NCBI GenBank assembly: GCA_965277285.1
Contig: OZ255721.1
Span: forward strand, 3,764,132 to 3,828,131
Direction: 5' to 3'
DNA from: Abditibacteriaceae bacterium
GTDB taxonomy: Bacteria; Armatimonadota; Abditibacteriia; Abditibacteriales; Abditibacteriaceae
DNA: 64,000 nucleotides
The notes under the pieces are model-generated. The model saw nothing but the letters and a program-made list of their open reading frames with translations. It searched no databases and had not been told where the DNA came from. The translations under genes were made by a program, and so were the position numbers. Below, piece by piece: positions 52,127 to 62,378 of the stretch. Numbering within the stretch: position 1 is the first letter of the stretch; the number at the start of each line of letters is the position of its first letter.

Positions 52127-53991
52127 ATGACACTTATCATTGTTTTTTGTCTGGCAGCTCTTGTGACATTTGGCATCACTCGCTTTCCGAAGCGCCATAT
52201 TGACATTGAAAATGAACGTTTGCAACATCCCATCTGGCGAGCGGAAGGCTTGATCGCATTGATGGCAACGTTGTTAGCGACGGCTGTTGGGCTAATCTTT
52301 AGTTATGTTCGTGTCGGCGGCGACGCTTGGCCGTTACGCAATGCGGGAGCGGTGTTTTTATTTGCTACCGGCATGCTTTACTTGTTGTTGTTGCTGCGCG
52401 CGTGGCGTAAATTCCCGACATGGGTCGGTGATCTCGCTTTGATTGCAATGGCGACGATTTCCTTGGCGCCGGTTGTGCCTCCCAGTTTTTTCGTGTTTCA
52501 TTTGCCATTCACAAACCAACTGGTCGATTTTGGCGCGCTGGGTTTGCCGCTGGCTGTATTCTGGTGTGGTTGCTGTCACGCGCTACTGCCGCTCTCAATC
52601 GCACGCCGCAAGTCACAGGTGGTTATCTGGGCTTAGTCGCGCTGTCGTTGTTGTTACTTTATCGCTTAGGACCGAGTGGTGCGCGCCCACCATTTTTTTT
52701 TCCGACAGCCGCCACCACGGCATTAGCTGGCGTGGGGTTGATGACGATTGCGGTCTCATTGCGGCGCCCTGGCTTCAATCTGGGTTGGGCGGCTTCGTGC
52801 GCGTTAGGGTTCTTGCTGGCGCACATCACGCTGGTCGGCTTGTTTAAAGGCGTGGCGTTGGCGATTATCGCGCCTTTGTTGCTCTTATTTGGGCTTCCTA
52901 TACTCGATGTGCTGTTTGTGCGTTGGCAGTCGTCGCAACATGGCGAAAAAATCGACTGGGAAACGCGTCGTGTTCGTCTGCATGAAGCGCTTGAAGAACG
53001 TGGCATTTCGACCGCCAAAGTCTCGATGTTATATCTGGCGATTGCCGCATATCTGTGCGGCTTGGCCTTATTGATGGTCGCGCTTTCGGGCTGGCATATT
53101 GCGTTGCGCACTTTGATTATATTGCCACTGGCATTCGGGGGTTTCATCGTCTTCTTTTCGATTACGCGCGTTTTGATGCGTCGCGTGCCAGGCGAAGAAG
53201 TTCCCGAAAACATCGAAGCGTTTGGTGTGCGTATTTCGCCGGTTTCGATGACCGAAGCGATGGATAAAATCGAAAGTTTTATCCAGGCCAAGACGCCGCA
53301 CCACGTCGTGACCAGCGACGCCAACGCGATTTTGCGCGCCCAGGAAGACACCGAATACGCGGATATTATTCGACGCGCCGCGCTTATTACGCCCGATGGC
53401 TACGGCGTGATGTGGGGTGCGCGCTTGCTCAACCTGCCAATTTACGAGCGCGTGACCGGCGTCGATATGGTAACGGGAATTTGCGAACGCGCCGCGCAAA
53501 AAGGCTACTCGATTTACATTTTGGGCGCCGCGCCCGGCATCGCTTCAACCGCTGCCGAAAAGTTGGTCGCGCGTTTCCCAGGCTTGCGCGTGGCCGGAAC
53601 TCAACACGGTTTTTTTAAGCCAGAAGAAGAAAATGATGTCATCCAAACGATTCGCGCAACGAAGCCGGATGTCTTGTTTGTCGCGTTTGGCATTCCCAAG
53701 CAAGAAAAATTTATTGCCAAACATTTCGAGGCGTTGAATGTTCCAGTTAGCCTGGGCGTTGGCGGTTCGTTCGATGTGTACTCGGAAAAACTCAAGCGCG
53801 CGCCGGAATATATCCAGCGCTCGGGCATGGAATGGTTGTATCGCGTGTGGCAGGAACCGTGGCGCTGGAAACGCATGAGTTATGTGCCGCGCTTCATGGC
53901 GTTTGCCATACGCGCCTGGCTTTTTCCGTCGCACGCGATGCGCAATAAAGCAACGCGTGCCGCTGCCACCAAAAGCAATTCCACGATTTAG
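52127..53991 (+). CDS. Membrane (MraY/WecA-like) domain fused to WecB/TagA/CpsF glycosyltransferase; apparent frameshift near 52562
   Basis: ORFs 52127-52636 and 52564-53991 join if one G is added (FW-V-WLLSRA); C-terminus has PDG, RVTGVD, GIPKQE, GVGGSFD, GMEWLYR. Confidence 0.75.
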
Positions 53992-54060
53992 GAACACTGA
54001 AACACGTAAGTTCAAACGCCTTGTTCGAGTACTCGAATGAGGCGTTTGCTTTGAATCCTC

Positions 54061-54417
54061 ATGAAACACCCACAACTTCTTGACTTGAAATTGTTGAACC
54101 AGGCGGCGCAGGTTTCGGGCGTGCAATGGGGCGGCGCGACCGACGATTTGAACATCAATGTGCTGTCGTGGGATGCTGGACACCAAATCGAATCGCACAT
54201 CAACCACGAAGTCGATGTCCTTTGGATTATGGTCGAAGGCACCCTCGAAGTCGTGGTCGATAACGAAACGATGCGTTTAGTGGAAGGTCAGGCGTTGACC
54301 ATTCCAAAGGGCAGCGAACGTTCAATGCGCGCCGTTTCGCGCGTGACTTATCTCAGCGTTCATCGGCGCCGCAACGGGTTGACAATCGCAACAAAAACCG
54401 ACAATCAACTGTTTTAG
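54061..54417 (+). CDS. Cupin domain protein
   Basis: H.N.EVD....EG and IPKG cupin pattern. Confidence 0.75.
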   Translation: MKHPQLLDLKLLNQAAQVSGVQWGGATDDLNINVLSWDAGHQIESHINHEVDVLWIMVEGTLEVVVDNETMRLVEGQALTIPKGSERSMRAVSRVTYLSVHRRRNGLTIATKTDNQLF

Positions 54418-54439
54418 CGTTCGCGTTTAGCGTTCGCGT

Positions 54440-55246
54440 TTAGCGTTCGTAAACCGTCTGGCTGGAGGTTTCCAGCGTAGCGCTCGCTTTTCCGTGAAAG
54501 GCGCCGCTCATCGGCGGAACGTCGCGGTAATCGCGTCCGCAGGCGACAAAAACGCAATCGGTGCGTGTCGGTCGGTCGTGCGTCGGATCGAAGGAAAGCC
54601 AGCTTTCGCCGCACAAAGTTTCGACCCAGGCGTGCATCGCGCCTTCGCCCGGATTGTAGCCCGACACATAACGCGCGGGTAAACCGCAGGCACGGCACAA
54701 AGCGATCATCAGGTGCGAATAATCCTGACAAACGCCGCGTCCTCGCTCCAAGCTTTGCGAAGCGGTACGCGCCAGATCGGTTCCTTCAACCGAGTATTTG
54801 ATGGCGCGATGCGCCCAACGACAAAGCTGCCGCGATAATTGAGCTTTGTCACGCCCCAGAGTTTTTTCTGTTTTAATCTGGCGCACCGCCTCGAGAATCG
54901 CTAGGCCACGGTCGCACAAGGCCGAAGGCAAAAGATAGGCGCCGATGTCCGTTGGCGGCAAATTCTCGGCGCGCACCGAACTCATGTGTTCGCGCGTGGT
55001 GCGCAACGTCATTTCAAAACGAAATTCGCTGGCAATGACTTTGTGGCGCAATTCGAGTACTCGGTTGCCAAAAGAGTCCAGTCCTTCGCGCGCTGAATCC
55101 GCTGGAGGAAAGCATTCCCATTGCAAATCGAGAACGCGCTGCATTCCGCGCTCAGCGGGCGGAAAAACGCGCAATTGTCGGACACAAACGAAAACCGGCG
55201 CCGAATAAAGCACGCGAATCGTTTTGCGCGTAATCGTAAAAGCCAT
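54440..55246 (-). CDS. Transglutaminase family protein
   Basis: DSFGN, GVCQDYSH, ARYVSGY, HAWVE, FDPTH, GRDYRDVPP. Confidence 0.9.
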   Translation of the reverse strand: MAFTITRKTIRVLYSAPVFVCVRQLRVFPPAERGMQRVLDLQWECFPPADSAREGLDSFGNRVLELRHKVIASEFRFEMTLRTTREHMSSVRAENLPPTDIGAYLLPSALCDRGLAILEAVRQIKTEKTLGRDKAQLSRQLCRWAHRAIKYSVEGTDLARTASQSLERGRGVCQDYSHLMIALCRACGLPARYVSGYNPGEGAMHAWVETLCGESWLSFDPTHDRPTRTDCVFVACGRDYRDVPPMSGAFHGKASATLETSSQTVYER

Positions 55247-55324
55247 TGTAAGCACAAGAGCGCAAGAAAACGGCCACCGCAAAAACTCGAAAAACCGGCC
55301 AATTCGAGCCGCTTTCCTGAACTT

Positions 55325-55395
55325 GTAGGGACGCAGATTTCTGCGTCCGTTGTGTGCTATTTTGAATCAACGGACGCAGAAATCTGCGTCCCTAC
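55325..55395. repeat. GTAG-type REP doublet
   Basis: GTAGGGACGCAGATTTCTGCGTCCG ... CGGACGCAGAAATCTGCGTCCCTAC. Confidence 0.82.
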
Positions 55396-55412
55396 AAGTT
55401 CAAGTTTTCAAA

Positions 55413-56870
55413 TCAGTTCGCGTTCGCCAGCGTCTCATCAAACCGATGCAGAACGCGTTCTTTGCCCATTAAAGCCAACAGTTCAAAGACTGAAGGCCCG
55501 ACAGTTCTGCCCGAAACCGCCATGCGACTGGGATGAATCAATTCCGCCGGTTTGATGCCAAGTTCCGTCGCCAAGCCGCGAATCGCGCCTTCGACCGCAT
55601 CGTGATTCCATTCGCTTAAAGCTGCAAACTTGTCGCGCAATTGCTTCAATCGCGGCAGCGAAACTTCGGTTAAATGTTTGGCTTTTCCAACTTCGTCAAT
55701 CGCGTAATCGTCGCGGAAGAAATACGTTGCGGCGTCTTTGATGTCGCTGATGTTGTGAATGCGTTCGCGCGCCATATCAAGCGCCGCTTTCGAGTACTCG
55801 ATGCTGCTTTGCAGTTCGATATTAGGCAAAAAAGGCCGCGCCAATTCGATAAATTGGTCAATCGGCATTTGCTTGAGATATTGGATGTTGAACCATTGCA
55901 ACTTCTCGACATCGAAAATCGCGCCCGCTTTGTTGACGCCTTCAAGAGAAAACTTCTCGATCAGTTCATCGCGCGAAAAGATCTCCTGCGTTTCTCCGCT
56001 TCCTGGGTTCCAACCTAAAAGCGCCAGATAATTGAACATCGCGTCCGGCAAAACTCCTTGGTCGGCATAATCGAGCAAATTAACCGCGCCGTGACGCTTC
56101 GACAATTTGCTGCGATCTTTGCCCAGCAAAAACGGCAAATGCGCGAAATGTGGAATCGAAAAACCCAACGCCTGGCCGAGCAAAATCTGACGCGGCGTGT
56201 TGCTCAAGCCGTCTTCGCCGCGAATGACGTGCGAAATTTTCATCAAAGCGTCATCGACGGCGCAAGCGAAATTATACGTCGGCGAACCGTCGCTTTTTTG
56301 AATCACAAAGTCGTCAATCTCACGATTGTTCCACTTAATTTCGCCGCGCACCAAATCGTTCCAACTGGTTTCTCCTTCGAGTACTCGAAAGCGCACAACG
56401 GGCTTGCGTCCTTCGGCTTCAAAAGCGGCGCGTTGCTCGTCGCTCAAATCGCGGTGCGCGCCGTTGTAGCGAGGCGGCAATTTATTGGCTTGCTGCTGTT
56501 CTTTTACCGCCGCCAATTCTTCGGTCGTTTCATAGGCGCGATACGCTTTGCCTTCACTAATAAGTTTTTCGCAATGTTCGCGGTAAATCGGGAAGCGTTC
56601 GCTTTGACGATACGGCCCGAACTCGCCGCCCGAATGCGGGTTTTCGTCGGTGTTCAAGCTCAGCCATTTCATGCCGTCGTAAATGATTTGCTCGAACGTC
56701 GCATCGTTGCGTTGCATATCGGTGTCTTCGATGCGCAGCACAAACGTTCCGCCGTGATGACGCGCGAAAAGGTAATTGAACAGCGCCGTGCGCGCCGAAC
56801 CGACATGAAAAAAGCCCGTCGGCGACGGCGCCATGCGCACGCGAATTTGAGGATTGGGTGTTGTATTCAT
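55413..56870 (-). CDS. gltX: Glutamate--tRNA ligase
   Basis: RMAPSPTG..HVG, LRIEDTD, YRQSER, KLSKR. Confidence 0.97.
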   Translation of the reverse strand: MNTTPNPQIRVRMAPSPTGFFHVGSARTALFNYLFARHHGGTFVLRIEDTDMQRNDATFEQIIYDGMKWLSLNTDENPHSGGEFGPYRQSERFPIYREHCEKLISEGKAYRAYETTEELAAVKEQQQANKLPPRYNGAHRDLSDEQRAAFEAEGRKPVVRFRVLEGETSWNDLVRGEIKWNNREIDDFVIQKSDGSPTYNFACAVDDALMKISHVIRGEDGLSNTPRQILLGQALGFSIPHFAHLPFLLGKDRSKLSKRHGAVNLLDYADQGVLPDAMFNYLALLGWNPGSGETQEIFSRDELIEKFSLEGVNKAGAIFDVEKLQWFNIQYLKQMPIDQFIELARPFLPNIELQSSIEYSKAALDMARERIHNISDIKDAATYFFRDDYAIDEVGKAKHLTEVSLPRLKQLRDKFAALSEWNHDAVEGAIRGLATELGIKPAELIHPSRMAVSGRTVGPSVFELLALMGKERVLHRFDETLANAN

Positions 56871-56939
56871 TGGCCGCGAAGTTTAACCAACGCGCAGCTT
56901 ATCGAGTACTCAATTCTATTTGTACGATAGAATTGAAGT

Positions 56940-57407
56940 ATGGCTTATCACGGACAAATGCAGTGGAGCAGGTTAAAGAAAATGCTCGAAAGCCGTTTTT
57001 GCGAGAAGATTTTTGGTCATGTTCAGATTCATGCGGCGCGCTATACAAACGATGAAGAAGTTGGCCGCATATGGTTTGTTTTAGATAAACGACAAATCTT
57101 TAGCGTGGGCGATATAGCAAGTCTAAGTCACCCGACGTGGTACGTTGAAAAGAATTGTGTCTACTACAACGCGGTTTGGGGACGCAGTCAACTTGAAAAT
57201 TTTTTGCTTCGCTATCTGGAGTTATCTATTGAGGAAGCGCTTGCCTCATCAGAGGAATTAACAAAAGCCTTGGCCATGTTCGATAAGCGCGTAGGCAAAC
57301 GGCGGTTGCAAAGACTGGCGAAGCAAATTGAGCATGAGCCGTTATTAGTCAAGCATTTCTATGCGTTGAGGTGCGAAGTAGAAAAGCTTCAGACGCCGCA
57401 ATCGTAG
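56940..57407 (+). CDS. Hypothetical protein (low GC)
   Basis: WS.LKK, DKRVGKRRL, LRCE. Confidence 0.65.
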   Translation: MAYHGQMQWSRLKKMLESRFCEKIFGHVQIHAARYTNDEEVGRIWFVLDKRQIFSVGDIASLSHPTWYVEKNCVYYNAVWGRSQLENFLLRYLELSIEEALASSEELTKALAMFDKRVGKRRLQRLAKQIEHEPLLVKHFYALRCEVEKLQTPQS

Positions 57408-57444
57408 GTTAACACTGTGCAACAATCACGTATCGACTACTCGA

Positions 57445-58383
57445 TTACTTGAAACGAAACTTTTGCACGCGGTTGTTCATCGTGTCGGCGATAAAAACGT
57501 CGCCGTTGGAGCTGACAGCGATGCCACGTGGATTCGCCAACTGATTGATTCCGTGTCCAGGCTTGCCCCAACTTGCGATGAACTTGCCGTCTTTCGTCCA
57601 TTTTTGCACACGATGATTGCCGTATTCCACCGTGTAGATATTTCCAATGCCATCGACCGCGACGCCATACGGATAATTCATTTGTCCAATGGCGCGACCT
57701 TGCACGCCGAAACTGCCTTTGAACGCGCCCGTATTCTTGTCCAATCGTTGAATGCGATGATTGCCGATGTCGGCGACCAATAAATCGCCTTCGACCGAAA
57801 TCGCCAGGCCGCAAGGCCGACGAAATTGGCGCGCGCCTTCGCCGTGACCGATCCATTGCGCGACGAACTTTCCGTCCGATGTCCATTTGGAAACGCGGTC
57901 GAATTCGCCACCATAATCAGCGCAATAAATGAAACCGTCTTTGTCGGCGACGATGCCTGTGACCAGCAAAAACTGGCCGCGACCTGTGCCATACGTGCCG
58001 AACTTGCCCAACTGTTTTCCGCCGGGACTGTAAATAATCACGTTGCTCGCGTGCGTGTTGGTGAAAGCGATGTTGCCGTTGGGCAGCAAACAAATTCCTT
58101 CCGGGCCTTCGGGCTGATTGTAAGGCAGCTTCGGCGACTGCCAGGCCGCGACATATTGGCCCCTTGTCGTCCATTTCTGCACGCGCCCCGTAATGTCGCA
58201 AATGTAAACGAAATTATCGGGCGAAACGCACAAAGCGCGCGGCTGCGTAAATTCGCCAGGCGCCGCGCCGCGCTCGCCCCAAACCTGCGCCTGCGGTTCG
58301 AGTACTCGATTGTTCGTCGCACTGTTCTGGCGCGTGCAACTAGCGAGACAAAAGAGGCACAGAAAAGGAAGAAAATGGCGCAT
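57445..58383 (-). CDS. NHL-repeat beta-propeller lipoprotein
   Basis: LASC lipobox; repeated G.G.GQF..P.GIAV....ADT.N.RVQKF. Confidence 0.88.
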   Translation of the reverse strand: MRHFLPFLCLFCLASCTRQNSATNNRVLEPQAQVWGERGAAPGEFTQPRALCVSPDNFVYICDITGRVQKWTTRGQYVAAWQSPKLPYNQPEGPEGICLLPNGNIAFTNTHASNVIIYSPGGKQLGKFGTYGTGRGQFLLVTGIVADKDGFIYCADYGGEFDRVSKWTSDGKFVAQWIGHGEGARQFRRPCGLAISVEGDLLVADIGNHRIQRLDKNTGAFKGSFGVQGRAIGQMNYPYGVAVDGIGNIYTVEYGNHRVQKWTKDGKFIASWGKPGHGINQLANPRGIAVSSNGDVFIADTMNNRVQKFRFK

Positions 58384-58405
58384 GATAAATCGATGATACG
58401 CAAGT

Positions 58406-58469
58406 CGGGCAACCACAAGGGTTGCCCCTACATCAGCGCCATTGTAGGGGCAACCCTTGTGGTTGCCCG
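58406..58469. repeat. GTAG-type REP doublet, RAYT-cognate
   Basis: CGGGCAACCACAAGGGTTGCCCCTAC ... GTAGGGGCAACCCTTGTGGTTGCCCG. Confidence 0.88.
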
Positions 58470-58484
58470 ATTCCATTCGTCGTT

Positions 58485-58967
58485 TCACGGTTGCGGAATG
58501 GGCGCATTTGACGGCGCATCTTTTTGCCCGATCTGCGAAGCCCAAGCGCGAAATTGTTCGAGTTCGGCTTCGTTGGCAAAAGCGCGTTTGGGAATGATTT
58601 GAACATTTACATCGTCATAATAAAGAATCATCAGGTTCTTCGTTTCACCAAAGCGTTTGAGTTCGTTCCATTGGGTTGTTGGTTGGTCGCAATCAATCCA
58701 ATCAATTGTTACACCGTCAGCGTTGACTTCATAAGAAATAAGCCAGCTTCTCTCAGACCTAAATATTTTATGTGCTTCCCATCGCGGTTTGAGTATCGCA
58801 TAGCCAAGATTTGGAGCAGCTACGATCAAAAACAAAAATCCCTCACTCGACAGCGATGGCGAACTTAGAAACTTTGCAATGCCAACAAGAGACCAGAAGC
58901 AGCCAAACATCAAACAGCGTTGGAGAATCTTCTTCAAACGGGGCAGTGACTTACAAAATTCTTGCAA
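58485..58967 (-). CDS. YcxB-like membrane protein
   Basis: Two TM segments followed by W...ETK....IIPKRAF. Confidence 0.7.
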   Translation of the reverse strand: MQEFCKSLPRLKKILQRCLMFGCFWSLVGIAKFLSSPSLSSEGFLFLIVAAPNLGYAILKPRWEAHKIFRSERSWLISYEVNADGVTIDWIDCDQPTTQWNELKRFGETKNLMILYYDDVNVQIIPKRAFANEAELEQFRAWASQIGQKDAPSNAPIPQP

Positions 58968-59012
58968 ATCGCGGCGAGTTATCTCAAATCTCAGAAGAAT
59001 CTTTTCTATGTT

Positions 59013-59615
59013 TCACCTCGTGCATTTGAGTACTCGATAACCTTTCTCAATCGTTGTGGTTTCGCAATTGGTGAACTGCGTTTCCAACTTCTTCGCCCAG
59101 CTTTTGGCGCCTTGCGCGGTGCGCAAAACAATCCACAAAATGCCGCCGCTTTTCAAAGTGCGATGAGCATCGTCGAACAGTTTTTGAATGACGAGGTTTC
59201 CGGCGCGAACTGGCGGATTGATCAAAATCGCATCGAAAACCGTGTCGCGCACGGCAGAAAAACCGTCGCCGCACCAAACGCGCGCGTTCGTCAGATTGTT
59301 GGTTTCGATGTTTTTTTGCGCGAGTTGCGCGGCGCGGAAGTTGATGTCGCAGGCGAAGACTTGCGCGTCCTTTCGACTACTCGCAACTGCGCAAGCGACA
59401 GCGCCCCAGCCGCAACCCAGATCGCCGATGGTTTTGGCATTTGTTAAAACGGCGGTTTCCAGCAGAATGCGCGAGCCTTCGTCAAGTTCCTTGCGCGAAA
59501 AAACGCCGTTTCCGGTGGCGAAACGCAAGTCTTGACCCAGAACCGAAACTTCGATCTGGTGTAATGGAGTTGGTGTTTGGTCTTCGATGTGGCGCGAAAA
59601 ATAATGGGATGTCAC
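59013..59615 (-). CDS. Class I SAM-dependent methyltransferase (RsmC/MTS-like)
   Basis: HYF, GVFS...D.GS, DLGCGWG, NPP, KGY. Confidence 0.88.
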   Translation of the reverse strand: MTSHYFSRHIEDQTPTPLHQIEVSVLGQDLRFATGNGVFSRKELDEGSRILLETAVLTNAKTIGDLGCGWGAVACAVASSRKDAQVFACDINFRAAQLAQKNIETNNLTNARVWCGDGFSAVRDTVFDAILINPPVRAGNLVIQKLFDDAHRTLKSGGILWIVLRTAQGAKSWAKKLETQFTNCETTTIEKGYRVLKCTR

Positions 59616-59730
59616 GCCAAACAGTGTAGCAAGAAGGCATCGCGCGAAAACCGCAAGAAAAATTCGTGTTCATCGGCCTTCATCTGTGGTTCAATTGAAA
59701 GCGACTTTCGAGTACTCGACAAAGGATTTT

Positions 59731-61128
59731 ATGGCAGGAATTTTCAAGGCATACGACATTCGCGGCGTTGTCGGACAAGGTTTGGATACGCGACGCGCGT
59801 ATTTTATCGGTCGCGCTCTGGCGCAAGAAGTGTTCAACGGCGACAGCCCGATTTTAGTTTCGCGCGATATGCGTCCGCATTCGCCGGAAATGGCGGGCGA
59901 ACTGGCGCGCGGCTTGTGCGATGGCGGCTGCGACGTTCTCGACATCGGCCTGGCCGCCACGCCGATGAACTATTGGGCGAACAACTTTTGGGGCGCGCGC
60001 GGCAGCGTTCAAGTCACCGCGTCACACAACGGCCCGGAGTACAACGGTTTCAAAGTGAGCGGGCAGGGCGCCGTTCCGCTCGATTACGCGACAGGTTTGG
60101 ACAAAGTCGAAGCCTTTGTTTTGAAGGCGGAAAGCGATGTCGAAGAGCTTGCGCCATCCGCGAAAATCGGAACGATTCAACACATTGACGACGCTTTGCC
60201 GCGTTATCTCGAATGGATGGACAGCTTTCTCACTGTCGAGTACTCGAATCAGCCGCTCAAAATCGGCATTGATGCGGCGAACGGCATGGGCGGTTTTTTT
60301 CTGACCGACTTTTTTGCGCGCCACGATTGGCTCGAACTCGTGCCACTATTTTTTGAACTGGACGGCACTTTTCCCAACCACGAAGCCGATCCTTTGAAAG
60401 AAGAAAACTTGCGCGATACACAGCGTTTGGTGGTCGAACACTCTTGCGATTTCGGTGTCGCGTTCGATGGCGATGCCGACCGTTGCATGTTCGTCGATGA
60501 AAAAGGCGACAACATTTCCAGTGATTTGATAACCGCGCTGATCGGCGCGTCGATGCTGGAAAGCTATCCCGACAGCGCAATTTTGTATGACTTGCGTTCG
60601 TCGCGCGCCGTGCCGGAAACCATTGCGCAGCATGGCGGAACACCGATTCGCGGACGCGTTGGGCATTCGTTTATGAAGCGTTTGCTCAAAGCCGAAAACG
60701 CGCCCTTTGGCGGCGAATTGTCCGGCCACTATTATTTCCGCGATTGCTTCAATACCGATTCGGGCTTGATGGCGCTGATTCAAGTCACCAACATCTGGGC
60801 GAAAGCCAATGCTGCCAAAGTCAATGCCGAATCGAGTACTCGAATCTCGCTGTCGCAGTTGATGCAGCCTTTGCGGAAATATAGTGCAACTGGCGAAATC
60901 AACTTTCACGTTGGCGATGTGAAATCCGTACTAAACCGCATCGAAGAACATTATGCGAAAGCGGGCGCCAGGCTGGATCATTTGGACGGCTTGACGGTGG
61001 AGTTTGACGATTGGTGGTTCAATTTGCGTTCGAGCAATACCGAACCGTTGTTAAGATTGAATTTGGAAGCGGCGAATGCGACGGAGCGCGACCATCATCG
61101 GGCGGAAGTCGAAGAATGGTTGAAATGA
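59731..61128 (+). CDS. Phosphomannomutase/phosphoglucomutase
   Basis: FKAYDIRG, TASHN, FDGDADR, GELSGH, RSSNTEP. Confidence 0.95.
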   Translation: MAGIFKAYDIRGVVGQGLDTRRAYFIGRALAQEVFNGDSPILVSRDMRPHSPEMAGELARGLCDGGCDVLDIGLAATPMNYWANNFWGARGSVQVTASHNGPEYNGFKVSGQGAVPLDYATGLDKVEAFVLKAESDVEELAPSAKIGTIQHIDDALPRYLEWMDSFLTVEYSNQPLKIGIDAANGMGGFFLTDFFARHDWLELVPLFFELDGTFPNHEADPLKEENLRDTQRLVVEHSCDFGVAFDGDADRCMFVDEKGDNISSDLITALIGASMLESYPDSAILYDLRSSRAVPETIAQHGGTPIRGRVGHSFMKRLLKAENAPFGGELSGHYYFRDCFNTDSGLMALIQVTNIWAKANAAKVNAESSTRISLSQLMQPLRKYSATGEINFHVGDVKSVLNRIEEHYAKAGARLDHLDGLTVEFDDWWFNLRSSNTEPLLRLNLEAANATERDHHRAEVEEWLK

Positions 61129-61337
61129 GGAAGCGGAAACGGCGTTGCGCTCGAAAGTAAAAGGCACCCGCTTTGCATCAATGCGTCAGACAGGAAGCTG
61201 CCGAAACGTCGAGCTTTTACGCCTTCCAACTCAAGCGTGCCTTTGTACTCGGCACGCTTTCTCTTTTCCGGAACGTTGTTGAAGACAATGAGGAAGGCGA
61301 ACGCGGCACAAACCAAACACAAGCGAAGGTGACAAAT

Positions 61338-62090
61338 ATGAACCACGACATTTCGGTTTTACTTCGAGGCTGGGATTATAACGCCAACGAAGTCACGGTG
61401 CGCAAAATCATCGGTGTGGATGGTTCGGAAAAAATCCAGATGCGCCTCGATCTGGGTTTGTTGCAAATGGAAACGTTGGGTCGTCCCGACGGCCTGCATC
61501 CTCACGGCTACGAATCGTTGCTGGAATATCACAATTCGCGTCTGCGCTCGCACGAAGAAATTCACGGCGATACGGACGATTTTATTTTGACGGCGGATGA
61601 ATGCAGCGATCTCAAGCAAGAAGCGATGCAATATTATTATCGTTATCTGTCGCTCTTTCATCTGGGCGATTATGCGGGCGTCATCCGCGACACGCAGCGC
61701 AATTTGAACTCGTTCGATCTGGTGCGCGACCACGCCGAAGACGATAACGAACGCACGTCTCTGGAACAATTTCGCCCATATGTTTTGATGATGAACACGC
61801 GTGCCAAAGCCTGCTTGCTCCTTGAAGACCAGGAATTTGATCGCGCTCTGGATAAAATCGAAGCGGGAATTGGGCGCATCCGCGACTTTTTCAACGAAGT
61901 CGAACGCCCCGACCTTGCGGAAAATTGCCGTGAAATCGCCTTCCTGCGCGACTGGAGCGAACGCATCCGCAGCAACCGACCGCTGTCGCCGCAGGAAAAG
62001 TTGAAGCAGGAGTTGCGCATGGCCGTCGAAGCCGAAGATTATGAACGCGCCGCCCGATTGCGTGACGAAATCAAAGAACTGGTCGCTTAA
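61338..62090 (+). CDS. Protein with C-terminal UvrB/UvrC (UVR) motif
   Basis: LDLGLLQME..GRPDG; AVEAEDYERAARLRDEI. Confidence 0.85.
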   Translation: MNHDISVLLRGWDYNANEVTVRKIIGVDGSEKIQMRLDLGLLQMETLGRPDGLHPHGYESLLEYHNSRLRSHEEIHGDTDDFILTADECSDLKQEAMQYYYRYLSLFHLGDYAGVIRDTQRNLNSFDLVRDHAEDDNERTSLEQFRPYVLMMNTRAKACLLLEDQEFDRALDKIEAGIGRIRDFFNEVERPDLAENCREIAFLRDWSERIRSNRPLSPQEKLKQELRMAVEAEDYERAARLRDEIKELVA

Positions 62091-62122
62091 AAGCGCAGCA
62101 TAAAAGCGCAATCGAGTACTCG

Positions 62123-62154
62123 AAACGGACAGGAACCTTTCTCCTGTCCGTTTT
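62123..62154 (+). terminator. Intrinsic terminator
   Basis: AAACGGACAGGA-loop-TCCTGTCCGTTTT. Confidence 0.7.
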
Positions 62155-62171
62155 CTTTGTTGCTAAAAGTC

Positions 62172-62200
62172 TTGAAGTTGGCGCGCGCGCGCGTTATAAT
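62172..62200 (+). promoter_or_regulatory. sigma70-like promoter of tRNA-Ala
   Basis: TTGAAG-17 nt-TATAAT. Confidence 0.6.
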
Positions 62201-62232
62201 GTGTCGAGCCGTTGCAAAAACGACACGACGTT

Positions 62233-62305
<73 letters not shown>

Positions 62306-62378
62306 TACCAAACCTTTAAGAACATGTGTGAATTGCGGAATTCGCCAATGTTTATAAGGCTTCTTTCCCGATAGGAAA

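Noticed and set aside
59013..59615. Methyltransferase as the enzyme acting on the palindrome
   Set aside because: Its motifs fit the RsmC/MTS small RNA/protein methyltransferases, not a DNA methyltransferase; no cognate factor is identifiable in this window.
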